DNA of 64,000 bases from Clostridium thermobutyricum. GTDB taxonomy: Bacteria; Bacillota; Clostridia; Ch29. The DNA lies in contig JAENYD010000001.1 of the NCBI GenBank assembly GCA_016842005.1, forward strand, positions 22,261 to 86,260, given 5' to 3'. The position numbers and the translations under genes are program-made. Under the pieces are notes generated by a model that saw only the letters and a program-made list of their open reading frames with translations, made no database searches and had not been told where the DNA came from. Positions 47,259 to 57,706 of the stretch are shown piece after piece. The stretch's first letter is position 1, and every line of letters starts with the position of its first letter.

Positions 47259-49587
47259 CCTTTACCAGAGCATGTTCCAGCACTTCATCCATGTGCTCCA
47301 CAAGTACAAACTCCATTTTTCGTTTTACATTGCCGGGGATTTCCTCCAGGTCCTTTTCATTCTCAGCAGGCAGCAGTACTTTGGATATACCCGCCCTCCT
47401 GGCGGCCAGCACTTTCTCCTTTATACCGCCCACCGGCAGCACCCTTCCCCTCAGGGTGATCTCCCCGGTCATGGCCACATCTTTCCTCACCCGTCTCCCG
47501 GACACTGCCGATATAACCGCTGTAGTCATGGATATCCCGGCGGAAGGTCCGTCTTTGGGAATAGCGCCTTCGGGTATGTGTATGTGTATATCCATCTTCT
47601 CGTGAAACTGCGGGTCTATACCCAATTCCGCAGTCCTGGAACGCACATAGCTCATGCCGGCCCGGGCCGACTCTTTCATTACATCTCCCATCTGACCGGT
47701 GAGCACCAGTTTTCCTTCTCCCTGCATGACGGTGACCTCTATGGAAAGGGTATCCCCGCCTGCCGGAGTCCATGCCAGGCCGTTCACAATGCCTACCTCA
47801 TGTTTTCCCTTGACCTTCTCATACCTGTATTTTCTAATGCCCAGGTATTTGTTCAGGTTCCCCCGGGTAATCCGCACCCTGGTTTTATTATCCTCCACCA
47901 CCTGCTTGGCAACCTTCCTGCAGATGTCCGCAATCCTTCTTTCCAGGTTTCGCACCCCGGCTTCCCGGGTATAGTAGTTTATAACATCCCTTATGGTGTC
48001 GTGGGATATGGAGATATTGCCGGGAGTTAACCCGTGCTCTTTAAGCTGCTTGGGCAGCAGGTACCTGATCCCGATATTGAGCTTTTCTTCCTCGGTATAC
48101 CCTGAAATATGAATGACCTCCATCCTGTCCAGCAGTGCCCTGGGTATGGTTCCGGTAGTATTGGCGGTGGTAATGAACATGACCCTGGAGAGGTCAAAGG
48201 GTACTTCCAGGTAGTGGTCCCGGAAGGCGAAATTCTGCTCGGCATCCAGCACCTCCAGCATGGCGGAAGCCGGATCCCCCCGGAAGTCATTGCTCATCTT
48301 GTCAATCTCGTCCAGAAGAAATACAGGGTTATTGGAACCGGCCTGCTTCATGGAATATATTATCCTGCCGGGAATGGCCCCTACATAGGTACGCCTGTGT
48401 CCCCTTATTTCGGCTTCATCTCTTACCCCTCCCAGAGACATGCGTACAAAGTTCCTGTTCATGGCCCTGGCTATGGAACGCCCGATGGAAGTCTTGCCCA
48501 CACCCGGAGGCCCCACCAGACACAGGATGGGCCCTTTCATGTCCCTGGCAAGCTGTCGTATGGCAAGATATTCCAGGATCCTCTCCTTGACCTTTTTCAG
48601 CCCGTAATGGTCCTCTTCCAGTATCTCCCTGGCATGTTTCAGTTCCAGGTTATCTTCGGTACTGGTATTCCAGGGCAAATCCAGGATCCAGTCCAGATAG
48701 CCCCTTATTACTCCCATTTCGGCAGAGCCGGGAGCAACCTTCAGCAGCCTTTCGGTCTCATTCAGCGCCTTCTCCTTCACTTCCTCCGGGAGGCCGGCCT
48801 TCTTTATCTTCTTTCTGTACTCCTCCACTTCCCCGCTTATGCCGTCTCCCTCTCCCAGTTCTTTCTGTATGGCTTTCATCTGTTCTTTCAGATAGTATTC
48901 CTTCTGTACCTTGTCTATCTGCCTTTTGACCCTCAGGTTGATTTTCTTTTCAATCCTCAATATGTCCAGTTCCCTTGCAAGTATTGAATGAAGTCTTTCC
49001 AGCCTTTTGCGGGTGTCAAAGGCCTCCAGTATGGACTGTTTCTTTGCTATATTCAACCGCAGGTTGGATGCCACCACGTCGGCAAATCTCCCCGGTTCTT
49101 CAATATTGGAAACAGTCACCAGTGTCTCCACAGTGGCCCTGTTGGTAAGCTTGATGTATTCCTCAAAAAAGCCGAAAACACTTCTCATAAGGGCCTCGGT
49201 CTCACTATCCGTCTCTTTCTTTTCCTCTTCTTTCAATTCTTCTATTCGGACTTCAAAGAATTCATCGTCCTTTGTCAGGTCAACAATCTTTCCCCTGGCC
49301 ACCCCCTCAACCATAACCCTTATGGCATCCCCGGGAAGCTTCAGAAGCTGCTTTATCCTGGTGATGGTGCCTACGCTGTAAAAGTCGTCCGGGCCGGGGT
49401 GGTCAACCGAGGGGTCTTTCTGGCTCACAAGAAAGATCAACTGGTCTTTTACCATAGCCTCCTCCAGGGCGTTTATTGACTTATCCCTGCCCACATCAAA
49501 ATGAAGTACCATATATGGAAAAACCGATATGCCCCTTAGAGGCAGCAAGGGCAGTATCATGCCGGAATTCTTCCTGTTGTCTTCCAC
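47230..49587 (-). CDS. lon: ATP-dependent protease Lon (LonA)
   Basis: 785 aa. It has an N-terminal LON domain, Walker [10 protein letters not shown], and a protease motif PKDGPSAG. Confidence 0.95.
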   Translation of the reverse strand: MEDNRKNSGMILPLLPLRGISVFPYMVLHFDVGRDKSINALEEAMVKDQLIFLVSQKDPSVDHPGPDDFYSVGTITRIKQLLKLPGDAIRVMVEGVARGKIVDLTKDDEFFEVRIEELKEEEKKETDSETEALMRSVFGFFEEYIKLTNRATVETLVTVSNIEEPGRFADVVASNLRLNIAKKQSILEAFDTRKRLERLHSILARELDILRIEKKINLRVKRQIDKVQKEYYLKEQMKAIQKELGEGDGISGEVEEYRKKIKKAGLPEEVKEKALNETERLLKVAPGSAEMGVIRGYLDWILDLPWNTSTEDNLELKHAREILEEDHYGLKKVKERILEYLAIRQLARDMKGPILCLVGPPGVGKTSIGRSIARAMNRNFVRMSLGGVRDEAEIRGHRRTYVGAIPGRIIYSMKQAGSNNPVFLLDEIDKMSNDFRGDPASAMLEVLDAEQNFAFRDHYLEVPFDLSRVMFITTANTTGTIPRALLDRMEVIHISGYTEEEKLNIGIRYLLPKQLKEHGLTPGNISISHDTIRDVINYYTREAGVRNLERRIADICRKVAKQVVEDNKTRVRITRGNLNKYLGIRKYRYEKVKGKHEVGIVNGLAWTPAGGDTLSIEVTVMQGEGKLVLTGQMGDVMKESARAGMSYVRSRTAELGIDPQFHEKMDIHIHIPEGAIPKDGPSAGISMTTAVISAVSGRRVRKDVAMTGEITLRGRVLPVGGIKEKVLAARRAGISKVLLPAENEKDLEEIPGNVKRKMEFVLVEHMDEVLEHALVKDGENEDNKS

Positions 49588-49703
49588 TTCGCATCACTCC
49601 CTAAAACTATTGTAGATCCCACGGGTATTATTGCGCCCTTTTGTGTACTGATAATGATATGGCTACTATAATATGATAAACTCATAGAAAAAAATTTGCA
49701 AAT

Positions 49704-49730
49704 AAAAAGCAGCTTTTGCCGGCTGCTTTT
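49704..49730 (-). terminator. Intrinsic terminator abutting the lonB stop
   Basis: GCAGC (49709-49713) pairs with GCTGC (49722-49726), flanked by A- and T-runs. On the minus strand the hairpin is followed by TTTTTATTTGCAAATTTTTTT. Confidence 0.65.
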
Positions 49731-51401
49731 TTAGCCCGTCGGCGAAGCGCTGAAGTACTGATTGAAGGGCAATGCCGCCCCTTTTCCGGTCCTGTCCCCG
49801 TCAATAACCGCCATCTCAATAATTTCTTCGATACGGGCGGCCTTTATGACTTCCGCATCATAACCGGCAAAGGTCTCCTGCCAGTTTTCCTCCGGTATTA
49901 TTACCTTTTTTATCCCTGCCAGGACAGCGGCCTCGATTTTCTGGGGCACTCCCCCTACCGGCTTTACATCTCCACGGATGGATACCTCTCCCGTCATGGC
50001 CACAAGATTGTCAACCGGTTTCTCCATAATGGCCGAGTAAATGGCAGTGGCCATGGTTACCCCTGCCGAAGGCCCGTCCACCGGAACCCCTCCGGGAAAG
50101 TTTATATGTATATCATAATCCCTGGGGTCGACGTTCAGATATTTTCTGATAACGGTTATGACGTTATCCACCGATCCTTTGGCCGTACTTCTCCTCCTCA
50201 GCCGCTTTGTCCCGATACCCGTCTCCTCTTCATCCACTATCCCCGTCACAATCACTTTCCCTTTTCCCTTTTCCACCTCAATGGCGGAGGCTTCAATCTC
50301 TATCAGGGAGCCTCCGTTTGAACCGTATACCGCCAGCCCGTTGACAAAACCCACCTGGGGCGTTTTCCCAGCCTTCCTGTCCGGTCTGGGGGAAAAATGG
50401 CCGCAGTTTATAACCCATTCGATATCGGCGGCCTTAATCTCTTTTCTGCCCTCGGTTATACATACTCCCCCGGCTATCTGCACCATGTTCACCGCTTCCC
50501 TGCCGTTACCCGCATAGTCCGCAATAAGGCTCACCGCCTTTTCTTCTATTGTGAAGGCACTTTTCCGGGCGGCATTCCGGACTATTTTCTTTATATGACA
50601 GGGCAGGAGGGGTTTGAAATATATCTCTATGCACCGGGACCTCAGGGCGGGAGGCAGTTCTTCCGCCGGTCTTGTTGTGGCCGCCACAAGTCTGAAATCG
50701 GCCGGAAAGCCCTTCTGGAATATTTCATGAATGTGAAGGGGTATATTTGTGTCTTCACTGTTGTAATAAGCGCTTTCCAGAAACACTCTCCTGTCTTCCA
50801 GAACCTTGAGCAGTTTGTTCATCTGTACAGGGTGCAACTCTCCAATCTCGTCTATAAACAGTATCCCTCCGTGGGCCTTTGTCACCGCCCCCGGTTTTGG
50901 TTGTGGGATACCGGCAACACCCATGGCCCCGGCCCCCTGGTATATGGGGTCGTGAACAGAACCCATCAGCGGGTCGGCAATACCCCTTTCGTCAAACCTT
51001 ATGGTTGTGGCGTCTATTTCAACAAACTTTGCCTCGGGGGAAAAGGGGGAAAGGCTGCTTTTCTTCGCTTCCTCCAGTATAATTCTGGCGGCTGCAGTCT
51101 TGCCAACCCCCGGCAGCCCGTAGATTATCACATGCTGGGGATTGGGCCCGCACAGCGCTGCCCTCAAGGCTTTTATGCCATCATCCTGCCCTTCAATCTC
51201 CTTTAGACTGGTAGGCCGGGTTTTCTCCGAAAGGGGCATGGTAAGGGATATACTGTTCAATCTCCTGAGGTTCTCCATTTCCTTATGGGATACTTTATCT
51301 ATGGCAGCCCTGTGTCCCTGCTGGCTTTTCAGCAGGTTCAGAAAGTACAGGCCTATTACCACGGCAAAAAAGAACTGGATGAAAAAAAGAATGTCCGACA
51401 C
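49731..51401 (-). CDS. lonB: LonB-type (sporulation) ATP-dependent protease
   Basis: 556 aa. It has an N-terminal TM helix, Walker A GLPGVGKTAAAR, and a protease domain with VDGPSAG. The start is GTG, with AGGGAGGGAG upstream. Confidence 0.9.
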   Translation of the reverse strand: MSDILFFIQFFFAVVIGLYFLNLLKSQQGHRAAIDKVSHKEMENLRRLNSISLTMPLSEKTRPTSLKEIEGQDDGIKALRAALCGPNPQHVIIYGLPGVGKTAAARIILEEAKKSSLSPFSPEAKFVEIDATTIRFDERGIADPLMGSVHDPIYQGAGAMGVAGIPQPKPGAVTKAHGGILFIDEIGELHPVQMNKLLKVLEDRRVFLESAYYNSEDTNIPLHIHEIFQKGFPADFRLVAATTRPAEELPPALRSRCIEIYFKPLLPCHIKKIVRNAARKSAFTIEEKAVSLIADYAGNGREAVNMVQIAGGVCITEGRKEIKAADIEWVINCGHFSPRPDRKAGKTPQVGFVNGLAVYGSNGGSLIEIEASAIEVEKGKGKVIVTGIVDEEETGIGTKRLRRRSTAKGSVDNVITVIRKYLNVDPRDYDIHINFPGGVPVDGPSAGVTMATAIYSAIMEKPVDNLVAMTGEVSIRGDVKPVGGVPQKIEAAVLAGIKKVIIPEENWQETFAGYDAEVIKAARIEEIIEMAVIDGDRTGKGAALPFNQYFSASPTG

Positions 51402-51684
51402 CTGTATGCTCTCTCCCTCCCTTTACGGAATATTTCTCCGGTTTGAACCGGTTGTCCGGTGCTACCGCCGCTAATACTCCCGTCCTTTCAAAGGACAGTT
51501 AAGCAGAGCTGCATCCCCGGATAACGGTTCTGACCTTCAGCCGGGGTTAACACCCCGCCTGAAACCAGGAAGCCTGTTCATATCGCATCCGGGTTTCACA
51601 ATAATAGTATGCGCATCACCGGTCTTTTTAGCATAAAGAGGGATTTGACAATATTGGCATTCCGGACAACTTATAGAAGACTAG

Positions 51685-51714
51685 AAAAAAGGAGTACATT
51701 CATGTACTCCTTCT
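51685..51714 (-). terminator. Intrinsic terminator after clpX
   Basis: AAGGAGTACA (51691-51700) pairs with TGTACTCCTT (51705-51714). The A-run at 51687-51692 gives a U-tract on the minus strand. Confidence 0.75.
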
Positions 51715-51723
51715 GGTTCCACT

Positions 51724-53025
51724 CTATGCCGTTTCGTCTGTCTTATTTGAAGTCTTCCTGCTGTACTTCTGTCTGGGCTTTTTCTTCCGGGCAGGATCAA
51801 CAAACACCAGGGTGGGTTCAGAATTGTTTGTAATGGTTTCTTTGGTAACAATGCACTTTTCAATATCCTCCCGGGACGGTATCTCGTACATGACATTGGT
51901 CATGATGCTCTCGAGAATGGCACGCAGTCCCCTGGCACCGGTCTTCCGGTCAAGGGCCTTCTGGGCAATTACTTCCAGCGCCTCTTCCTCAAAGTCAAGT
52001 TCCACCTCATCCAGCTGGAACAGCTTCTTGTACTGCTTCACAAGGGAATTCTTGGGTTCGGTCAGAATCCTTACAAGGTCTTTCTTATCAAGGGCGTCAA
52101 GGGTTATGATAATAGGCACCCGCCCCACAAATTCCGGAATAAGACCGTACTTGAGCAGGTCTTCCGGCAGGCAGTTTTTCAGAATCTGGCCTATATCCAT
52201 CTGTTCCTTGCTCCGGATATCCGCCTCAAAACCGATGGCCTTATGTCCTATCCTTTTCTGGATGATTTTTTCCAGACCGTCAAAGGCGCCTCCGCATATG
52301 AACAGGATGTTTGTGGTATCAATCTGGATAAACTCCTGATGAGGATGCTTCCTTCCTCCCTGGGGAGGTACGCTTGCCACTGTGCCCTCAAGGATTTTCA
52401 GCAGTGCCTGTTGAACCCCTTCACCGCTTACATCCCTTGTAATGGACGGGTTTTCCGACTTCCTTGCAATCTTATCAATCTCGTCTATATATATTATACC
52501 TTTTTCGGCTCTTTCAACATCAAAATCAGCCGCCTGAATGAGTTTGAGCAGAATGTTTTCCACGTCTTCGCCAACATATCCTGCCTCGGTAAGAGAGGTG
52601 GCATCTGCTATTGCAAAAGGCACATTCAGCATTCTCGCCAGCGTCTGGGCCAACAGGGTCTTGCCCGAACCTGTAGGACCTATCAGGGCAATATTGCTCT
52701 TCTGCAGCTCCACGTCATCATCATCTTTGCCTTCCTTGTTTATTCTCTTGTAATGATTGTAGACCGCCACTGCCAGCGCCCGTTTTGATTCATCCTGCCC
52801 TATTACATACTGGTCCAGAAATTCTTTTATTTCCCGGGGCTTGGGAATATCCTTCAGCACCTCATCAAGGTCCTCTTCAAATTCCTCTTCAATTATTTCC
52901 TGGCACAACTCAATACATTCATCGCATATATAAACCCCAGGACCTGCAATCAGTCTCTTGACCTGCTCCTGGCTCTTACCGCAGAATGAGCACCTCAGTT
53001 GCTTCTTATCGTCAAACCTGGCCAT
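51724..53025 (-). CDS. clpX: ATP-dependent Clp protease ATP-binding subunit ClpX
   Basis: 433 aa. It has a zinc-binding CSFCGK...CDEC motif and Walker A GPTGSGKT. Confidence 0.97.
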   Translation of the reverse strand: MARFDDKKQLRCSFCGKSQEQVKRLIAGPGVYICDECIELCQEIIEEEFEEDLDEVLKDIPKPREIKEFLDQYVIGQDESKRALAVAVYNHYKRINKEGKDDDDVELQKSNIALIGPTGSGKTLLAQTLARMLNVPFAIADATSLTEAGYVGEDVENILLKLIQAADFDVERAEKGIIYIDEIDKIARKSENPSITRDVSGEGVQQALLKILEGTVASVPPQGGRKHPHQEFIQIDTTNILFICGGAFDGLEKIIQKRIGHKAIGFEADIRSKEQMDIGQILKNCLPEDLLKYGLIPEFVGRVPIIITLDALDKKDLVRILTEPKNSLVKQYKKLFQLDEVELDFEEEALEVIAQKALDRKTGARGLRAILESIMTNVMYEIPSREDIEKCIVTKETITNNSEPTLVFVDPARKKKPRQKYSRKTSNKTDETA

Positions 53026-53046
53026 TATTACACCTCTCTTAATATT

Positions 53047-53631
53047 TTATCTCCTGGAAGTTATTACCTTATCAATCAGACCGTATTCCATCGCTTCTTT
53101 TGCTGTCATGAAGAAATCCCTGTCAGTATCTCTCTCAATCTTTTCCAGGGGCTGCCCGGTTCTCTCGCTCAATATCTTGTTTATTCTTTCTTTCAACCTG
53201 ATAATCCTCTCGGCATGGATTTTGATTTCCACTGCCTGGCCTCTGGTACCTCCCAGGGGCTGGTGTATCATAATCTCACTGTTGGGCAGGGCGAACCTCT
53301 TCCCCTTTGCCCCGGCCGCCATCAGAAAAGCACCCATTGATGCGGCCATACCTATGCATATGGTTGATACATCCGGCTTGATATACTGCATGGTATCGTA
53401 TATGGCCATGCCTGCAGTGATGGATCCGCCGGGACTGTTGATATACAGGTGTATATCCTTGTCCGGGTCCTCGGACTCCAGAAACAGCATCTGTGCCACC
53501 ACCAGGTTGGCGGTTACATCGTCAATCTCGTCTCCCAGAAATATAATCCTGTCCTTAAGCAACCTTGAATAAATGTCATAGGACCTTTCTCCCCTGTTAG
53601 TCTGCTCCACTACAATGGGAACAAGTGCCAT
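53047..53631 (-). CDS. clpP: ATP-dependent Clp protease proteolytic subunit ClpP
   Basis: 194 aa. Motifs seen: [10 protein letters not shown] (catalytic Ser) and IMIHQP (His). Confidence 0.97.
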   Translation of the reverse strand: MALVPIVVEQTNRGERSYDIYSRLLKDRIIFLGDEIDDVTANLVVAQMLFLESEDPDKDIHLYINSPGGSITAGMAIYDTMQYIKPDVSTICIGMAASMGAFLMAAGAKGKRFALPNSEIMIHQPLGGTRGQAVEIKIHAERIIRLKERINKILSERTGQPLEKIERDTDRDFFMTAKEAMEYGLIDKVITSRR

Positions 53632-53635
53632 GTGA

Positions 53636-54943
53636 TTAACCCTCCTTGTTTACAGTTGTAAGTTTGGCATTCTCTACCAAAAAGTCAACGGTTTTCCTTA
53701 ATATTATATTTTCTTTCATATAATTTAGTTCGTCTTCTCCCATGGATTCTTTGAATTTCTCCACGTCTTCCTGCCTGTACTGCTTTGCCAGTTTCTCTAT
53801 CTCGGTATTTAATTCTTCCTCAGTTTCGGTAATTCCTTCTATTTCCCCTATCTTTTCCAGGGTCAGCTCTGTCCTGATCCTGTTCAGGGCGTCTTCTCTG
53901 AAATTGTTCCTCAGGTCTTCCATTGAGGTATTGGTATATTCCAAATAATCTTCCAGCTGTATGCCTTGATACATGAGCTGCATCCGGAAATCCCTTATGG
54001 ATGCGTCAATTTGTCGCTCAACCATCACATCCGGAACATCAATCTCCGCCTGCCCGGCAACCTTCTTAATCACCTGATTTTCTATTTCTCGCCTGGCCCT
54101 TAATCGAGCATTATTTTCAAGTCTGGCCTTTATATCGGATTTTAATGCCTCCAGTGTATCAAACTCGCTGACATCCTTGGCGAACTCATCATCCAGTTCC
54201 GGCAGTTCCTTCTCCTTGATGCCTTTTACCTTTACCTGGAACACCGCTTCTTTCCCCGCCAGTTCCCCGGAATGATAGTCTTCGGGGAAAGTAACCCTTA
54301 CTTCAACTTCATCGCCAACACCGGCACCTTCCAGCTGTTTTTCGAACCCCTCAATAAAGCGACCGGAACCCAGGATCAGGGACTGGTTCTCCGCTGTCCC
54401 TCCTTCAAACTGCTCCCCATCGACAAATCCTTCATAATCGATGATAACCATGTCACCCTTTTGGGCAGGCCTGTCTTCCGCGTTTATCATCCTGGCATTG
54501 GCTTCTCTCATCGCTTCCAGTTCTTTTTCAACATCCTCGTCAGTAACAGGATATTCCTGTTTTTCTACTTCTATACCCCTGTATTCTCCCGGTTTAACCT
54601 CGGGTTTTACGGTTACCACAGCTTTAAATAAAAGATTCTTGCCCTTCCCTATATCAATAATATCTATTTCAGGGCTGTCAACAGGCTCCAGCTTATGTTC
54701 GTCCACCGCCTCACGGTATGCCTCCGGGCAAACGATATTTATGGCGTCCTCAAAAAAAATACCCTCACCATAATAATTCTCTATTATTCTTCTGGGGGCT
54801 TTACCCTTTCTGAAACCGGGTATGTTAAACTTTGAAACATTCTTTTTATATGCCTTCTGCAGTCCTTCCTCGAATTTTGCCGCATCCACCTCTATCTCCA
54901 CGGTTGCAACATTCTTCTCTATTTTCTCCAGTTTCGAACCCAT
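53636..54943 (-). CDS. tig: Trigger factor
   Basis: 435 aa. It has the ribosome-binding motif GFRKGKAP, a central PPIase domain and a C-terminal helical arm. Confidence 0.95.
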   Translation of the reverse strand: MGSKLEKIEKNVATVEIEVDAAKFEEGLQKAYKKNVSKFNIPGFRKGKAPRRIIENYYGEGIFFEDAINIVCPEAYREAVDEHKLEPVDSPEIDIIDIGKGKNLLFKAVVTVKPEVKPGEYRGIEVEKQEYPVTDEDVEKELEAMREANARMINAEDRPAQKGDMVIIDYEGFVDGEQFEGGTAENQSLILGSGRFIEGFEKQLEGAGVGDEVEVRVTFPEDYHSGELAGKEAVFQVKVKGIKEKELPELDDEFAKDVSEFDTLEALKSDIKARLENNARLRARREIENQVIKKVAGQAEIDVPDVMVERQIDASIRDFRMQLMYQGIQLEDYLEYTNTSMEDLRNNFREDALNRIRTELTLEKIGEIEGITETEEELNTEIEKLAKQYRQEDVEKFKESMGEDELNYMKENIILRKTVDFLVENAKLTTVNKEG

Positions 54944-54991
54944 ATATGCTCCTCCTCGTCCTTAAAGCTGCTTAATTCCTTTCGAAGATAA

Positions 54992-55000
54992 ATTATAACA
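54992..55000 (-). promoter_or_regulatory. Extended -10 element upstream of tig
   Basis: The minus strand reads TGtTATAAT, about 45 nt upstream of the tig start. No convincing -35 was identified. Confidence 0.4.
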
Positions 55001-55039
55001 CAATGGTATATACATAACAAGTTCGGCAAATCAAAGGAA

Positions 55040-55071
55040 AACGCACGAAAACAGACCTTTTGCATGGTCTG
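55040..55071 (-). terminator. Intrinsic terminator after tRNA-Gly
   Basis: CAGACC (55052-55057) pairs with GGTCTG (55066-55071). On the minus strand it is followed by TTTTCGTGCGTTTT. Confidence 0.6.
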
Positions 55072-55079
55072 CTTTCTCC

Positions 55080-55154
55080 TGGAGCGGAAGACGGGATTCG
55101 AACCCGCGACTTTCGCCTTGGCAAGGCGACGCTCTACCACTGAGCTACTCCCGC
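55080..55154 (-). tRNA. tRNA-Gly (anticodon GCC)
   Basis: The minus strand reads GCGGGAG-TA-GCTCAGTGGTAGAGC-G-TCGCC-TTGCCAA-GGCGA-AAGTC-GCGGGTTCGAATCCCGT-CTTCCGC-TCCA. This is a full cloverleaf with an encoded CCA. Confidence 0.95.
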
Positions 55155-55370
55155 ATGCTATTCACATTTTAGCTGGACATACTGTATGATAGCATATTTG
55201 ACAGTTCATTTCAATAGCAATTTTTGTCCGACCCGCCGTCAGTGTTCCCCTCCTTTCAGGCAGAAGAGAAACGGCGCTACGTCCCTGGCTAACGGTTTCT
55301 AAACTTCAGATGGGCTAAACCCCTCCTGAAGCCAAAAATCCTGTTTATCCTGTGATTACCGCCGTTTCCC

Positions 55371-55402
55371 TTTAACAAAAGAACAAAAGGGCCATCCGGC
55401 CC
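55371..55402 (-). terminator. Intrinsic terminator after the DUF1540 gene
   Basis: GGGCC-ATCC-GGCCC at 55389-55402. On the minus strand it is followed by TTTTGTTCTTTTGTT. Confidence 0.6.
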
Positions 55403-55409
55403 CCGTGAT

Positions 55410-55592
55410 TTACATCTCTGCTGTAGGCATCTGTCCCCTGGGTTTAAAAGTGGTACAACAGGTTCCATCGCTCGTGTCCGCATGTCCGTCCCCCATTGCG
55501 TTTACTTCCAGCCCCTTGGCGGTACAATAATTGTTATGCCAGTAATGGCAGTTGCTTACACCACATTTCACTTTCATGCTTGGTGCAACCAT
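55410..55592 (-). CDS. DUF1540-family small Cys-rich protein
   Basis: 60 aa. Pattern KCGVSNCHYWHNNYCTA...V...DGTCCTTF, typical of DUF1540. Confidence 0.7.
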   Translation of the reverse strand: MVAPSMKVKCGVSNCHYWHNNYCTAKGLEVNAMGDGHADTSDGTCCTTFKPRGQMPTAEM

Positions 55593-55690
55593 TTCAACAC
55601 CTCCTTGTACAACCGGGTTTTTATATCAATAAATATTATTGACTGTTCTGTATCTTATTATGTACTGCGGGTCATACTGATACACCGGCG

Positions 55691-55927
55691 TTATTGTGCC
55701 CCGACAGCAGCCTGGTCCTCTTTTCCATCTTTTTCACCCTTTTTCTCTACTGTTGACATGTCCAATAGATAGAGCATGGGACAGAAACGGGTTATCCCCT
55801 CGGCTGCTTTCATAGCCCCCAGGGCCATCATGACGGTTGAAGCCCTTGTTATTCCGTAACCCAGAAAAAACAATCCCCCTGTCAGTCTTATATAGCTATC
55901 AATCAGACCCACATTTTTTTCCATCAT
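55691..55927 (-). CDS. DUF2892 (YgaP-like) small membrane protein
   Basis: 78 aa. It has the NVG..D..IRL.GG pattern, two TM helices and ITRFCPMLYLL. Confidence 0.65.
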   Translation of the reverse strand: MMEKNVGLIDSYIRLTGGLFFLGYGITRASTVMMALGAMKAAEGITRFCPMLYLLDMSTVEKKGEKDGKEDQAAVGAQ

Positions 55928-56029
55928 ATCAACTCCTTTTCCCCTGAATAATAATAGTTTTCCACTGCAAAAAAATTTTAAAATGGTATATTATTCAAAT
56001 CTCTTTCACAGTACCTGCTGTGATGAAAA

Positions 56030-56068
56030 CCGGCAAAATAAAGAACCGGGAGATTATGCATCTCCCGG
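56030..56068 (-). terminator. Intrinsic terminator after the 36-codon micro-ORF
   Basis: CCGGGAGAT (56046-56054) pairs with ATCTCCCGG (56060-56068). On the minus strand it is followed by TTCTTTATTTTGCCG. Confidence 0.6.
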
Positions 56069-56098
56069 CCGTACTGTTTTCCCATTGTTTTGAATGTC

Positions 56099-56209
56099 CT
56101 AATATTTTTGGACTCCTGCAGCAAAGAATATTATTATTATTACCAGCAGCAGGAATAATGTACCATCGCCACCGCCAAAGAAACTATCCAAAAACCCTTT
56201 ACCTTCCAC
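56099..56209 (-). CDS. Candidate 36-aa hydrophobic micro-protein (YjcZ-like sporulation peptide type)
   Basis: Below the track size cut-off. My translation is VEGKGFLDSFFGGGDGTLFLLLVIIIIFFAAGVQKY*. The start is GTG, with GGAGGTG 5 nt upstream, and the gene has its own terminator. Confidence 0.35.
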   Translation of the reverse strand: MEGKGFLDSFFGGGDGTLFLLLVIIIIFFAAGVQKY

Positions 56210-56461
56210 AATTTCACCTCCCCATCAGCATACACTACATTATATGGACCGAGGTGATTTTTGGTGAATTATTCGGGTAAATATGGCTAGGCTGAAAAAA
56301 GAAGGGTCTGCGCTAAAACCCGTACCTGCATATACCCGCTGGGAATATGCATTTCGGTAAAAGGTATGAATTTGTAAATATATAGGGATAAAACAGGATA
56401 TTTTGTTGTATTTGTATGAAGGTTCAAGCGGTTATGAGTAGAATTTACAATCAGTAAGGAT

Positions 56462-56740
56462 TTGAAAGGATGTTTCCATTTGAAGTACGACAGTGCCATA
56501 ATCAAAGAACAGGGTATAAGATTTGCACTGGTAAAGGTTGATCTTTCCGTCATCCAGCACAAAAATGAAGCCGATACAGTAAGGAAAAGCCTTGCACCCA
56601 TCTTTCACAGCATGCCCATCGTCCTCATGGCGCTGGATGAAAACCGGATTCCGGTTTTTCAGGGTCGGGAGCATATAGTGAACCTGCTGGAAGATGTGGA
56701 CCTCAGTTCCATAAGCTGGACCAGGTATACGGCCTATTGA
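56462..56740 (+). CDS. Hypothetical protein
   Basis: 92-aa ORF with non-repetitive, globular-looking sequence. I recognise no family. The start is ambiguous: TTG at 56462, or TTG at 56480 with AAAGGA upstream. Confidence 0.4.
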   Translation: MKGCFHLKYDSAIIKEQGIRFALVKVDLSVIQHKNEADTVRKSLAPIFHSMPIVLMALDENRIPVFQGREHIVNLLEDVDLSSISWTRYTAY

Positions 56741-56823
56741 CTTTGAGCAGACAATAAATACGCACAGCACACTTCCCCGGCACGGGCTGCTGTGTGTATT
56801 TGTCATGGTCCGGCACAGTGTCT

Positions 56824-57186
56824 TCAGAAACTGTCCGATTTCCACTCGGGTTTCCTCTTGTTAAAAAACGCATCCACCCCTTCATGGTCATCCTCGGTGG
56901 TACATAGAGCGGCAAAATGGCAGTTGGCCAGCTCACCAGCCTTTTCATACGGTAAATCGGCCATTTTGTAAAATGCCATCTTCCCCATCTGAAGGGCAAC
57001 GGGACTTTTTGCTGCAAGCCCGGCGGCCATCTCCATGGTGGCTTCCTCCAGCTTTTCTTCAGGTACAACCTTGTTTACCAGACCAATTGTCAGGGCCTCT
57101 TCCTCATCAATCAGTTTCCCTGTTAATACAAGCTCCAGGGCTTTCTTTCTGCCGAGACAATAGGTCAGGGGCACCGCGGGCCCCAT
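56824..57186 (-). pseudogene. C-terminal fragment of an enoyl-CoA hydratase/isomerase (crotonase) family gene
   Basis: The 120-aa ORF matches only the C-terminal third of crotonases (...ALELVLTGKLIDEEEALTIGLVNKVVP...EGVDAFFNKRKPEW). No N-terminal part is present upstream. Confidence 0.65.
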
Positions 57187-57207
57187 ACAATTGAAACACT
57201 TTCTTTT

Positions 57208-57393
57208 TCAGACAAAGCTGCATCTTTATATGGACAAATACGTGCCGACCTCGAGAATAGAGGACAAACCATCGGAGCTTATGACCTCTTAATTGCAGCC
57301 CATGCCCTCTCGGAAAATCTTGTTCTGGTCACAAACAATGCAAAAGGGTTTAATAGAATTCCAAAGCTGCGTCTTCAAAACTGGGCTGAATGA
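57208..57393 (+). pseudogene. C-terminal fragment of a PIN-domain VapC toxin
   Basis: My translation is SDKAASLYGQIRADLENRGQTIGAYDLLIAAHALSENLVLVTNNAKGFNRIPKLRLQNWAE*. There is no start codon or N-terminal PIN half, and no antitoxin gene alongside. Confidence 0.6.
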
Positions 57394-57412
57394 GTCCCTT
57401 GAAGAACTTAAA

Positions 57413-57670
57413 CTATTGCCCTGCCAAAATTTTACGGTCGGCAATCTGGGGTGGCTTCTCCATCCAGCCGTTCTTAATCATTATATCCGCACCATCCTTG
57501 GCGTATCTGGCAACGCGCACAATAAGCTGTATATACTCCGCCTGCACATCCTGGCGCATGCCTGATGCCATGCAAAATCCCTGTTCCAGGAATGATTCGC
57601 TCCGGAGAACTTTTTCGGCAAGCTCCAGATAATCGCCATCATGCACAAATTCCTTTCTTGCGATTAACAT
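57413..57670 (-). CDS. Hypothetical protein
   Basis: 85-aa helical-looking ORF. I recognise no family. Confidence 0.35.
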   Translation of the reverse strand: MLIARKEFVHDGDYLELAEKVLRSESFLEQGFCMASGMRQDVQAEYIQLIVRVARYAKDGADIMIKNGWMEKPPQIADRKILAGQ

Positions 57671-57706
57671 GGATATACCGTGTACCGGCTCCCAGCAGTA
57701 CAGCTT

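Noticed and set aside
47065-48987. 321-aa and 292-aa plus-strand ORFs inside lon
   Set aside because: They are antisense to the Lon protease gene, with low-complexity composition. The same applies to the antisense ORFs inside lonB, clpX, the lyase gene, tctA and other genes.
51402-51684. clpX-lonB spacer as SRP RNA or a TPP riboswitch
   Set aside because: There are local resemblances (GGUCAGAACCG..., and GAACCGUUAUCCGGGGAUGCAGC versus the THI-box). However, the GGGG tract pairs locally instead of with a distal ACCC. The CUGAGA and SRP domain IV motifs are absent, and the genomic context does not fit. I kept it only as an unassigned structured region.
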